DNA of 64,000 nt. Source: Macrostomum lignano. Taxonomy: Eukaryota. The notes beneath the pieces were generated by a model, which had not been told where the DNA came from, did no database searches, and worked only from the letters and a program-made list of their open reading frames with translations. The translations under genes and the position numbers were made by a program. The stretch lies in NCBI GenBank assembly GCA_002269645.1, contig NIVC01000438.1, positions 159,972-223,971 of the forward strand, read 5' to 3'. Positions 49,058-61,294 of this stretch are shown here, in pieces. Each line of letters starts with the position of its first letter. Positions within the stretch are counted from its first letter, which is position 1.

Positions 49058-52000
49058 CTGCTACGTCTACAACAAGCCAATCATGCCGGGTGGCCCAGCT
49101 AAAAGAATGAAATTACTGCTGCCAATCAAGACCAGTCATGGACAATTGATTGCACAAAGTAGAGAAGAAGCAATTGAAGACCATCAGGCAGTGGATGATA
49201 ATGTGGAGTCTGATGCTGAGTCCAATGTTGCTTCTGGCAGTGATGAAGGTATCGATTTAATGCCAGACTCTGATGCTGACGAACTTATTGACCACAATGA
49301 AACTGCTGGCCAAGACTTGACTCCAGTTGAACAGATGGCATTGGAAGAGTCAAAAGCTAAAGAGATGAGGATAAATATTGCTAACCATGCTCAAACTGTA
49401 ATGGATAATCCGCAAGAAAATGTAAGAGTGCCGATGCATTCAATACTTGTTGGGATGCACATAAAGGCACAGATAGATACGAGAATATATCTGTACATAG
49501 ATAGATAGATACATGAATACAAAAATAGATAGATAAGATAGATAGATAGATAGATAGATAGACAGACAGAGACAGACAGACAGACAGACAGATAGACGGA
49601 CAGGCAGACAGATGGACAGATAGACAGGCAGACAGACCGATAGATAATAGACAGACAGATAGGCAGGCAGGCAGACAGATAGACACACCGATAGATAGAT
49701 ATATATAGGTGTAATATATATAGGGTATATATAGGTATAGCATATACAGGTGTAAACAAGCAATAAATCAGTTATTATGCTACCTCGCCCAGGTTGGCCA
49801 TCTGCGCAAGCTCCGCCTACTGTTAGCGGACCCGCTGTGCCAGGCTCGGCCCCTGCTAGCCGACTACATTGTCGTGTCGCTGTGCGAAGTTTTCAAAGAC
49901 ATTTTGCCCTCGTATAAAATACGCTTAGCAACTGACACGGAGAAAAGTCAATTAGCTAAAAAAGAGACGAAACGATTGCGCGCGTTTGAGGAGACTCTGC
50001 TGTTGAATTATCGCAAATATTTGGCTCTGTTAAGGCAGGCCATGTGCAAGCAGCAGGCTACTAACAGTAGCAAGACTGCTAAGGATAAAAAACTTAGCGG
50101 TTGGAGAAGAAAACGGAAACGGGTGGCAGAGAAAGACGAAGCGGAACTGGCCTATGTGAGTTGGGTGTTTGTTATGCTGTTAGTCATTTTTGTGGAAATT
50201 TACTGAGTCTAGACTGTAGTGTATAGGGTTCATTTTTATGGAGCTGGTGGACATTTTTAACTGGATCGGGTGAACATGTTTTGATGAGTTTTCAAAATTT
50301 TCATGGCATCTAGTGGACATTATGATGTCATCTAGTAGACATTGTGAAGTCATCCAGTGGACATTGAGAAGTCATCTAGTAGACATTGTAATTTTTATTT
50401 AGTGTTCATTGTGTGTGATATTATCTAGTGATCATTGTGATGGAATCTAGTGGACATTGTGATGTGATGGAATCTAGTGGACATTGTGATGTGATGGAAT
50501 CTAGTGGACATTGTGATGGAATCTAGTGGACATTGTGATGTGATGGAATCTAGTGGACATTGTGATGTGATGGAATCTAGTGGACATTGTGATGGAATCT
50601 AGTGGACAGTGTGATGCGATGAAATCTAGTGGACATTGTGATGCGATGAAATCTAGTGGACATTGTGATGCGATGGAAGCTAGTGGACATTGTGATGCGA
50701 TGGAAGCTAGTGAACATTGTGATGGAATCTAGTGGACATTGTGATGCGATGGAAGCTAGTGGACATTGTGATGCGATAGAATCTGTGGACATTGTGATGT
50801 GATGGAATCTAGTGGACATTGTGATGCGATGAAATCTAGAGGACATTGTGATGCGATAGAATCTGTGGGCATTGTGATGTGATGTAATCTAGTGGACATT
50901 GTGATGTGATGGAATCTAGTGGACATTGTGATGGAATCTAGTGGACATTGTGATGGAATCTAGTGGACATTGTGATGCGATGGAATCTAGTGGACATTGT
51001 GATGTGATGGAATCTATTCAACATTTGTAATGTCAAATTAGTGGACATTGGACGGGAATATAGTGGACATCTGTAATACTCTCTAAAAGTTAGTAAAATC
51101 ATCAGATTACTTTTCGTTTGGGTAGACAACTTAGGAAGAGTGCTTATTAATGATATGTTGATTAGTTAGTTAATTAGTTAATTACTCAGCTAACCCAGAC
51201 CACATTCATTCCTCCCTACCGCCCCCAGTCCAATCGCAATGTGGCCATTCGTTGCCTCTCTCAGCTACTGGCCAATCATCCCAACTTTAACGAATCATCG
51301 GAGCTGATAGCTTGGCTAACCCCTTGTCTGCAAAGCCGCTCCGCTGAGATCAGCTCGCTCGCCTGCTCGGCATTTCGCCAGCTGTTCGTTGAGGATCGAG
51401 CCGGCGAAGCGTCCCTCAGAGCGGTAAAAGCCGCTTGTCGCGTGGCCGTGGCCGCCGGAGCAAAAGTACATGCCGACCTTTTAGACGTGCTGACCAGCGT
51501 TCGACTAGATCTGCCGCCTCCCACTAAAGTGGGTTACGTTTCGGATTTTTGGTTGCTATGAGTATATTCTTATTCTCTGGTTGCTATGAGAATACTCTTA
51601 TTCTCTGGTTGCCATGGGGATATTCCTATTCTCTGATTGCTATGAGGATATTCTTATTCTCTGGTTGCCATGGGGATATTCCTATTCTCTGGTTGCTATG
51701 GGGATATTCTTATTCTCTGGTTGCTATGAGTATATTCTTATTCTCTGGTTGCCATGGGGATATTCCTATTCTCTGGTTGCTATGGGATATTCTTATTCTC
51801 TGGTTGCTATGGGATATTCTTATTCTCTGGTTGCTATGGGATATTCTTATTCTCTCGTTGCTATGAGGATATTCTTATTCTTTGGTTGCCATGGGAATAT
51901 TGGTATTCTCTGGTTGATATGGTAATATTCTGATTCTCTGGTTGCTAAGGCGATTTTCTTATTCTCTAGTTGCTGTGGGGTTAATATTATTCTCTGGTTG

Positions 52001-53838
52001 CTAAGGCGATATTCTTAAATCTTAATCTCTAGTTGCTGCGGGGTTAATATTATTCTCTGGTTGCTATGGGGATATTTTAGTCTCTGGTTGCTATGGCGAT
52101 ATTTTTAGTCTCTGGTTTCTAGATGGAGATATTCTTATTCCCTTATATTGCTATGGGGATATTATTATTCTCTGGTTGCTATGTGGATATTTCTAGCTTC
52201 TAAAAATACGGTCCGATAATTAAATTCCCAGTTCCCTTGTCCGCCTCCCACCCGTCCAGGACCAGTCTGCGCCCGGCAACCAGCGGCTTACCCACCAGCA
52301 GAAGCTGGCCAAGTTATCCCGCAAAGAGCGCCGGCAGGGCAAGCGATCGGCCGATGCCACTCGCGGCCTCGAGGAGCTGCGCCATCAGGAGAGCGCTGCC
52401 ACTCGGGCCCGACTGCAGCAGCGGTGCGCGGAGCTGCTGTTGCATCTGTATCTACGCGTCCTGCGCGCCAAACCCGGAGCACGCGCGCTAACATCTGCGC
52501 TAACTGGACTGGCGCGTCTATCGCTAAGAGTCAACTTGGACCTGCTGCCGGACCTGTTTAGCGCGCTGCAGGCACTGCTGGACTGGCCAGACCTGTCCAC
52601 TGCGCACTCTGTTGAGGTGACTGGCTTGCTGTCTGTCTGTCTGTCTGTCTCTCAGGGGGGCGGGGGGTAGCCAATTGGTCTAGCTTGTCGCTCTGGTGTG
52701 CCAGCGGCCCAGGATCGATTCGAAGTGCAGTCACATTATTTTGCGGCTACCATTTGGAATCTCGGCTTGGCTCTCTGCTCGTGCAATTAACGCTCAGCTT
52801 GAGGGCCAACAACCCCCAAGGCACAGTAAAGTGTACATGCCATAACGATAAATAAAGTTAGGGCCGCTGTACACTCCTGTGTGAGTGAGTGCCTGTGCGT
52901 ATGACTGCGTACGTATCCGCGCGATTGTGTGCCTGCTCAGGGGAGTCGGCGGAATGGGCAGCAATGCCTCCTCTCACCGGTTGTAACCGGTCAGTTCAGT
53001 TTTTTAAAATAAAAAGTCTCCCTATCTGTGTCTGTCTGTCTGTCTGTCTGTCTGTGTCTTGGCCCATCATATTGTCCATTTCTGCATTATTCACCTGTCT
53101 TCACCTGGACTTTTTGCCTCTTATAAATCTTATTTTATTTCCCCTTTTCTACACGGCATATAGCATCAGCACACTTATTTACCAGGCTAACCAGCATGCA
53201 GAAGGCACACATAAACTCTCAAACTTTCTTTATATCACCTACAGGTGGTTCGCACAGCCCTCGCCCTGCTCAGCGGAGAAGGCGAAGCGCTCACCCTGGA
53301 CCCACGCCGGTTCTACCTGCACCTGTACAAGCGGCTGCCCCGTCTGGTTCGCCACCACCCCGACCTGGCCCCCAGCCTGTCTCAGACCCTCCTGGCCGCC
53401 CTCGCCGACCGTCGGCGTCATCTGCCGCCGATGCGACCCGTCAACTTTCTGCGCCGTTTACTGGACTCAATTTGTCAGACAGCTCTGCTAAATGGAAACG
53501 GCAGTTCCGCTACGGAAGCTTCCCTAACCTGTCTGCTGACCTGTGCTGCCCGGCTGTTGGCTGTGTTTCCTCGAGCGCAGCGACTGCTTGAACCAGCTGA
53601 CGATGTTGATGACGCCGAAGCCGCCGCCACAGCGGCTGGTCAGCTGGTGCTGGCTACTGACGACGATCCCGATCTAGGCGGACTGTCCTGTCAGTCTTGC
53701 GAACCGTTGCTACGCAAATTAGCCTCGGGTAGCAACCAGGTAGCTAGCCATTCGATTCGACAATTAGCCAGTCTGTTGTTGAAGCAGAATTTCTCAGCTA
53801 TCCATGCCGCTTCTGCTGGCGGTCGGGAGGCGATCTGA
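49058..53838 (+). CDS. NOC3L: Nucleolar complex protein 3 homolog; exons 49058(ATG 49083)-49421, 49793-50155, 51229-51528, 52260-52616, 53245-53838; 5' exons possibly missing, C-terminus ambiguous (see findings)
   Basis: LLPIK, VSLCEVFKDILPSYKIR..EK....KET..LR.FEE.L...Y..YL, HPNFN, LSRKERR, LRVL..GLARL..VN.D, ALLSGEGEAL.LDP..FY.HLY match remembered NOC3L blocks; introns are phase 0 GT-AG. Confidence 0.9.
49490..49705. repeat. (GATA)n/(GACA)n microsatellite in NOC3L intron 1
   Basis: Read directly. Confidence 0.9.
50310..51015. repeat. 22/27-bp minisatellite (GTGAT)GTGATGGAATCTAGTGGACATT in NOC3L intron 2
   Basis: Read directly; degenerate 5' flank. Confidence 0.93.
51550..52190. repeat. 27/28-bp minisatellite GGTTGCTATGGG(G)ATATTCTTATTCTCT in NOC3L intron 3
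   Basis: Read directly. Confidence 0.93.
52662..53013 (+). mobile_element. Probable tRNA-derived SINE in NOC3L intron 4
   Basis: A-box-like TAGCCAATTGG and B-box-like GGATCGATTCG at tRNA-like spacing, ~350 bp, T/A-rich tail. Confidence 0.45.
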
Positions 53839-54167
53839 GTCTTGGCAGGGCACCAGCTGATAACTGTGATGATGATGAAGAGCATGACGACCAAGTTGAA
53901 AAGTCATCTACGGCGCGTTCCGGTCGACAGTCGAAGTTTTCTAAGAAAGCACGACAGCAGCGCGGCAATAATTCCAAGCAGAAGCAGCAGCAGAAGTTCG
54001 GTTCAAAGAAGAGCTCAGTTAGAAAGAAAATTAGCGGTGGCGGTCGAGGCGGCAGTCGCGGTGGTAAAAGGAGGCGTTGATTATTCGACAGCCTTTGACT
54101 TGATTTCTGCTTGTATGACAGTGTGTACTTTGTCTTTGTCATCTTGAACCCCTAAAATCGCTCTTAA

Positions 54168-56092
54168 ATCGCCCCCACTCTCCCTAGAGAATCGCCCCCA
54201 CTCTCTCTAGAGAATCGCCCCCACTCTCTCTAGAGAATCGCCCCCACTCTCCCTAGAGAATCGCCCTCACTCTCCTTAGAGAATCGCCCCCACTCTCTCT
54301 AGAGAATCGCCCCCACTCTCCCTAGAGAATCGCCCCCACTCTCCCTAGAGAATCGCCCCCACTCTCCCTAGAGAATCGCCCAACTCTCCTTAGAGAATCG
54401 CCCCCACTCTCTCTAGAGAATCGCCCCCACTCTCCCTAGAGAATCGCCCCCACTCTCCCTAGAGAATCGCCCCCACTCTCCCTAGAGAATCGCCCCCACT
54501 CTCCCTAGAGAATCGCCCTCACTCTCCTTAGAGAATCGCCCCCACTCTCCCTAGAGAATCGCCCTCACTCTCCTTAGAGAATCGCCCCCACTCTCCCTAG
54601 AGAATCGCCCCCACTCTCCCTAGAGAATCGCCCTCACTCACCCTAGAGAATCGCCATCGCTCTCCCTAGAGAATCGCCCTCACTCTCCCTAGAGAATCGC
54701 CCTCACTCACCCTAGAGAATCGCCCTCGCTCTCCCTAAAGAATCGCCCCCACTCTCCCTAGATAATCGCCCCCACTCTCTCTAGAGAATCGCCCCCACTC
54801 TCTCTAGAGAATCGCCCCCACTCTCTCTAGAGAATCGCCCCCACTCTCTCTAGAGAATCGCCTCCACTCTCCCTAGAGAATCGCCCTCACTCTCCTTAGA
54901 GAATCGCCCCCACTCTCCCTAGAGAATCGCCCCCACTCTCCCTAGAGAATCGCCCTCACTCTCCCTAGAGAATCGCCCAACTCTCCTTAGAGAATCGCCC
55001 TCACTCTCCCTAGAGAATCGCCATCGCTCTCCCTAGAGAATCGCCCTCACTCACCCTAGAGAATCGCCCTCACTCACCCTAGAGAATCGCCCTCGCTCTC
55101 CCTAAAGAATCGCCCCCAGTCTCCCTAGAGAATCGCCCCCACTCTCTCTAGAGAATCGCCCCCACTCTCTCTAGAGAATCGCCCCCACTCTCTCTAGAGA
55201 ATCGCCTCCACTCTCCCTAGAGAATCGCCCTCGCTCTCCCTAGAGAATCGCCCCCACTCTCCCTAGAGAATCGCCCTCACTCTCCCTAGAGAATCGCCCT
55301 CACTCTCCCTAGAGAATCGCCCAACTCTCCTTAGAGAATCGCCCCCACTCTCCCTAGAGAATCGCCCCACTCTCCTTAGAGAATCGCCCTCACTCTCCCT
55401 AGAGAATCGCCCAACTCTCCTTAGAGAATCGCCCCCACTCTCCCTAGAGAATCGCCCCACTCACCTTAGAGAATCGCCCTCACTCTCCCTAGATAATCGC
55501 CCTCTTTCTCCATAAAAAATCGCCCCCACTCTCCCTAGAGAATCGCCCTCTTTCTCCCTAAAAAATCGCCTCCACTCTCCCTAGAGAATCGCCCTCACTC
55601 ACCCTAGAGAATCGCCCTCACTCTCCTTAGAGAATCGCCCCCACTCTCCCTAGAGAATCGCCCCACTCACCTTAGAGAATCGCCCTCACTCTCCCTAGAT
55701 AATCGCCCTCTTTCTCCATAAAAAATCGCCCCCACTCTCCCTAGAGAATCGCCCTCTTTCTCCCTAAAAAATCGCCTCCACTCTCCCTAGAGAATCGCCC
55801 TCACTCTCCCTGGAGAATCGCCCTCACTCTACCTAGAGATTCGCCCTACTCTCCGTAGAGAATTGCCTTCACTCTCCATAAAGAATCGCCCTCACTCTCT
55901 CTGAAGAATCGCCCTCATTCTCCCTAGAGAATCGACCTGACTCACCCTCGAGAATCGCCCTACTCTCCCTAGAGAATCGCCCCCTCTCCTTAGAGAATCG
56001 CCCTCACTCACCCTAGAGAATCGCCCTCACTATCCCAAAAGAATCGCCCTCACTCTCTGTAGAGAATCGCCCCCACTCTCACTAGAGAATCG
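54168..56092. repeat. 23-bp minisatellite CTAGAGAATCGCCC(C/T)CACTCTCC between NOC3L and the C11orf98-like gene
   Basis: Read directly; ~83 units. Confidence 0.96.
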
Positions 56093-56458
56093 TCTTTAAA
56101 AGTTCGTCTTAACACGCAAGTTTTCCGAAGAAGCTATCGATCTGTTTTCTGTGCCTAATATTAGTGCATTTGTCATCAACTGCGCATTGCGAGAAATATA
56201 CAATTGAACGACAATGGCTAGTTCAGTACCTAAGCTGTTCAAGTGTTGATGTGTTAATTGTTGAGTTTAAAATTCATTTGTGGCTTGTGCGCAAAACATT
56301 GGTCATTGAAGCTTTACGAGCCATTCCACCACCGTCCGTGTACACCCTGTGTGAGCGTGCTCTCCCCTCCCGATCGGTCTTTAGGAACTTTTTCCAGTAT
56401 TGGATGATTCATGAAATAAAACGTAACACCAATATGCATGCTGACTCATTAAACCGCC

Positions 56459-56821
56459 ATGGGCATGCACAGAGACCCCAACCGGAAGCGACCAGCCCAC
56501 GTGAAGCACAATCACAAGCGGCACAGGGAAAAGATCAAACGACGCCGCGCGGCCAAGCCGCCTCGAATTTGCGAGATTCCCGACGCGGATTTGCAAACGC
56601 CCGGCCAGTTGCGCAAGCTGCGCACCAACCCTAACGCCAATATTGAATTGTCTGGCAAGAGGAAGCGAAAAATTATTAAACAGCTCAGGCGGGAGTTGAA
56701 GGAACAACAGGTTGCCGAGTCTGCGATGGAAGTGTCAGCTACTGACAGTAGCAATGCTGGAAAGAAGCGTCAAAAGAAACAGCAGCAGGCAGCATCTGTT
56801 GCTATGGAAACGGATCAATAA
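56459..56821 (+). CDS. C11orf98: C11orf98-like small basic nucleolar protein (120 aa, single exon)
   Basis: GCCATGG start context; ANIELSGKRKRKIIKQLR..AMEV..KRQKK..V.ME parallels remembered human ANITLSGKKRRKLLQQIR..AMEV..KRQKK..VEM. Confidence 0.75.
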   Translation: MGMHRDPNRKRPAHVKHNHKRHREKIKRRRAAKPPRICEIPDADLQTPGQLRKLRTNPNANIELSGKRKRKIIKQLRRELKEQQVAESAMEVSATDSSNAGKKRQKKQQQAASVAMETDQ

Positions 56822-57294
56822 TAATAACTAGGCCCGTTTCAACTATTGACTATTGGCGTTCTCATTGTACTGTTCAAGAACCTAATTATAAATATAATAA
56901 AGTTTCCACTGTGTGTACATGACTGGACAAGAGTGGCTTCATCTTGTTTCTTGGAAAAAATACTTACTATTCTTATAATTTTTCATTTTTAATAACTTTA
57001 CTTAGTAACTTAAACAAAGAAATTCTGACACTAAAAAGCTTATATACATGTAGAATAATTCATTTTATAGCAACAATTTTAAGACATCAGGTTCAATCTC
57101 GATCTTACAACTCTAATTCGGTTTATTCTAATTTGATTTGCTTGAAAGAGTAACAATTATAAAAGTTTATAATATGTGGTGATGATTGCTATGTGCTGTT
57201 GTAGTAGACTCAGTTCTTGGCGTATTTTTCGTCGCAAATTTTTGTGCAACAGCTCCGTTTTGCTTCTTCGTAATTCTCCTCCGTCAATAATGAT

Positions 57295-60206
57295 TTATTC
57301 ACAGTTGCTATGGTTACTTGTCTTAACTGCCGCTGCTCGCTTTTTCCACAGGACGCCAAGATCGTAGGCTAATTCGAGCAGTTCGCGAAATTGTCAGCAA
57401 CGACATGCCCAAATAGAAGGCCAAGTATGCCGCCAATGTCAGAGATGAAATTGTTGATCCCGTAGTCGACTGAGTGAGTGAATCGGCTGCAGGTTGCCGT
57501 ACAAATTCTGAAGCTGGCCTAGAATTTGAAGGTTTTAGCGTCATCATTTTTAGCCTCTTTCACTTGGACATCCACTCTCACTTTTATTAGCAGAAGGAAT
57601 TTTATAAAGAAACATTGAACGAAAATATGGAACGAGAAGACATAACCAGACGCTTCGCCATCGCCACCGAGAAGGACAAGAAGTCAATTGTTTGTCCCCC
57701 CCGGGCCCCCCCCCACCTTGTGACCCGTTGGTGAAATCAATAATTTAGCTTCGGGGCGGTACCGAATTGGTAGATCTGTCCAGACTTCGCTGATCAAAGG
57801 TCCAATTAACAGCAATTACCCACCTTAATCAGATTAGCGCTGGCGATTGCCGCAGCACCTGCTGCATCTGCGCCGAGCAGTCGGGCAATCGCCGGTACGG
57901 ACGCGTTGCCAGCCTTGTCTTTGACCTGCTGCACAGTGGCCGTTACAAACGGCATCACGGAACTGTAGGTTGGCCAGTCCGTGCTGGACATGGTGACGTC
58001 GTAGTCCAGTGTTGAGCAGGGTGCTTTCGACTTGCTCACCTGATGCGCGTTCTCCACAATGTTGCCAATTTCTTCGTAACTAAACGACGGATCTGCTGGC
58101 GTTTCTCCTGCCAGCTGGAGAAAATTGGCGTCCTTATCAGTCAGGTTAAACAGGTAGCGGTAGCCTCTCTGCGGCCACGGCATGAGGCTTGCATCGCCGC
58201 TCAGGTTGGTTTTCTGCTGGTATTGCCTGAAGTGGACGCGGCGTGCCCATGAAATTCAACAATAGGATTCCAGTTTTGATTGCACCTTTTGCATGTACTG
58301 GAGCACGAGAGCACGACGTAGAATCAATAAATCATCCAACAAAGTATTGTGTAATAAAGTAACTGTATTGTACCTGTGATACTCTTTGAAGTAGCAGTAG
58401 GAATAGCTGTAGGTGTGATTGTACGGCTCCTGAGAATATGGATTGACAAACTGAGCCTCATCCAAAGTGGCACTCAGACACTCGAAGCTTGCTGAGTTGT
58501 ACACTTGCTCAGTCATGCTGATATCTACCGTGTGATATCTACCGGGCCCGAGGGAGAACGACGACACGAACGCTGTTGGGTACTCGCCAGGTGGGTACAA
58601 ATAGACTCGAACCCCGGCCCTACGATCTGGATCGTCGAAGTCCATTCTCGACAGCGACCAATCGGAAACTGGGATTAGCGAATCGCCAGCGTACACCCTG
58701 GATAGGACCGATGGACCTGTTAGTGTCAATTGGTTAGTTGAATGGCTACACATGCTGTTCACAGATTTTTTTTGACACTTTAACGCAATGATGCCCCGAA
58801 AGGCCCCTATTGTCCATTGGGCTTCCCGTGATTGTGTGATTGTAGGCTTCTATACCCATTCCATCAAACGCGTGAGCTGCGTGTTGTTGTACTCTGACCT
58901 GTTAGTGAAGTCGAGGAGAAGTTTGCGTCGGTCATCACAGTGACGGTCAGGCCGCTAGCGGTGCCACCCTTGGCCAGCGTTGCCCGCACAGTATCGTTCA
59001 GCACCAAGCGAAAGCAGCGCAGAAACACCAGATGGAAGAATTCCTCCGCTGGCATGGCCTCGTAGGAAGGCAGACCGTTGCTGCTGATGTAGGTTAAATC
59101 GCTAGTTAGAATGGCCTGCTCGAGCCTGTGAGCAACTCCATCAATTAGGCTGTTGTATTCCAACGAGTGCAACAAAGCGAAGCTATACTCCATATTTAAT
59201 CGATTTAGTCTTTCAGTTGTGTTGCCACCTGTTGCTTAGAAGGTTGAGCAGATTCTCCGAGGCGCTGTTGAGATCTGTTGGAGGGGATTGGCAAAATCCT
59301 GTCTTGGATCGATGTTTTGTCTCTAAAAACGAAGCTTTTTATTTGCACAACTCTTCATTTTTGCAGCATTTTGTAGGCTAGTATAGTGCTCCAGATGGTG
59401 GTTATTTACCAGTAGTATTACAAAAACTATTGAAAACACCTGCCCCAATTGGGCCAGATGTGCAACCGACAGCTCTGCCACAGCTATTGTGCGGCGCACC
59501 TGAAGGCTGCGTACGGCTGTTCATTCCAAGGACTGGGGGTCGCCACACAAAGCCTCAATTACCCCAACTAATGCTGGTACCCATTTTACAGCTGGGTGAA
59601 CCGAAGCAATGCAGAGTTAAGTGTCGTGCTCAGGGACACAATTGTCCCAGTAGGATCGGGAATCGAACCACCGACATCCAAGTCGTGAGTCCGACGCTCT
59701 ACCCACTATAAGCTACAACTCTCTTGTTGCTACTGCTTATTTTCCTGTGGTTAATTTAATCTTGCGTAGCAGATACATATTCTTCCACTATTCTCACGTT
59801 TTCATCTATCGTGGACATTCGTGGGCCCATGTCAACTGCCCTAGCTTCATCAGGACATCTTGCTGTTGACCTTGCTTTGACCTCCCAAATATCAATGCAT
59901 TGTACCTTGAACCAGCTACGTCAGTGTTTGGTTACTCATCGTCGCCGCATAGCTGGTTGAAACCGGATTCTCCATGCATTTGTACACGTCCGGAAATTTG
60001 AAGGCTAACGCATTTGCCTCCAAAGTTGTGCTAACCTGACGACTCTCCAGTTTTTTAACGAAATCTACCAAGCCGCGGAGGCAGAGGCCGAGAAAGGCGA
60101 GGAAAAACAGCAGCCAGAGAAGGCGAACGTAGAGCGGCTTCTTTGTAACTAGCCTCGGCAGGCCATGGGACGTGGACTGCGCGAGGGACTCCTTTACTTG
60201 TTGCAT
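57295..60206 (-). pseudogene. DEG/ENaC (ASIC-like) channel copy A; exons 60206-59936, 59322-58899, 58716-58374, 58226-57824, 57518-57295; three apparent +1 frameshifts (~59236, ~57415, ~57386)
   Basis: SHGL (HG motif), TM1, FPDVYKC, YSYSYC, PC, SDIGGILGL/YLGMSLLTI/ELLEL (TM2 split over three frames). Introns are phase-matched. The frameshifts could be assembly errors. Confidence 0.8.
59430..59719 (-). mobile_element. tRNA-derived SINE with Nin-like central domain in intron 1 of DEG/ENaC copy A
   Basis: Minus strand starts GTAGCTTATAGTGGGTAGAGCG..GGTTCGATTCCC (A and B boxes). Plus strand has GGTACCCATTTTACAGCTGGGTGAAC..GTTAAGTGTCGTGCTCAGGGACACAA, typical of Nin-type SINE cores (recall). Confidence 0.8.
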
Positions 60207-61294
60207 TGTGTAAAACTGTGTTGAATTTTTTCTTTACGAACAAATACTTCAATTTCACACTTTTCTAGCTATGTTCGCTTCCTTTTTTGAAATAAGCCAA
60301 ACTTTGTTGCCGCCACGGCTGGATCATACTAGTTTCTTGTAAACGTCTACACACACGTACGTAGAATGAATGGGTATAATTGGGAGTACAATAAATTCCT
60401 ATATGCTCGTATATATATACAGACGATGGTCTCAAAGCTTCACAGCCAGGGTCTGAGAGAAGTTAGTAAATTTTCTATAGCTTTATTTGAATAAAATTCT
60501 GTACTAAATATCGGGCCAATATTTAAATACATTGGCTAAATTTCTGGGTTCCTTTGGCCCCTATAGATTTTTTGCAACTTCTCCCAAACAGCCAGTTGAC
60601 TCAGCTGAGTCAACAATCATCTTTAAATAAAGAAATGCGTCTGATTCTTGCTGCAATATTGCAATCCATGTTCAATGCAGTTGCGGTCATGTAGAACTTT
60701 CGTTTCAATTCATGTTGGAGTTACAATTGTCTTTTTGAGCCCCCTGAAACCCCTGGAAAATTCAGTTCTAAGCCTGCTTTTATTGGCACTATTGCTACAT
60801 GTACCTGTTCAATTTTCGAAGTACGTCGTGTTCTACAATCGTACTTCAATTCTCTACGTCAACCAAAGTAAAGCTGCTTGGAGTACAAAACAGTGAACTA
60901 GACGCAGACAACTCCATCCATTTGTCCCATGTTGATTTAACACAATCTTATTCTCACCTAGTTTCTTTACGCACCTAAGTCTCACTAGCTTTCGAAATAT
61001 ATTAGAACCGCTTAGTCTTTTGAACGGGTGTCATGTCAACTGCTCGTCTTTAGTACGCTCAAAATCCTAAAGTAAATATATATTTGAATTTGCTTTTGCG
61101 ATGTAGCTACCCTTCATGCATAGCAACGGGTAGCTTTACATACTAAGCCGGTTTGCACCGAGTCCTCCGCAAACAAAAACTTGCTCTATCTGTAATATTA
61201 ATGAAGAAATTAATCCATATTCGCTGCAAAATTTACTTAGGCTCTTCCCTAGAGTAACTTGGATTTATAGCTTTGAATTTCTAAGCACGTGTAG

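Noticed and set aside
6173-56092. CRISPR-like appearance of 30-42-bp repeats, including the palindromic 38-bp unit
   Set aside because: Units are head-to-tail with no unique spacers, no cas genes are present, and the context is eukaryotic introns.
58229-58372. Apparent premature TGA at 58256 in DEG/ENaC copy A
   Set aside because: It lies inside the 58373-58227 intron; splicing restores EYHRQYQ, colinear with copy B.
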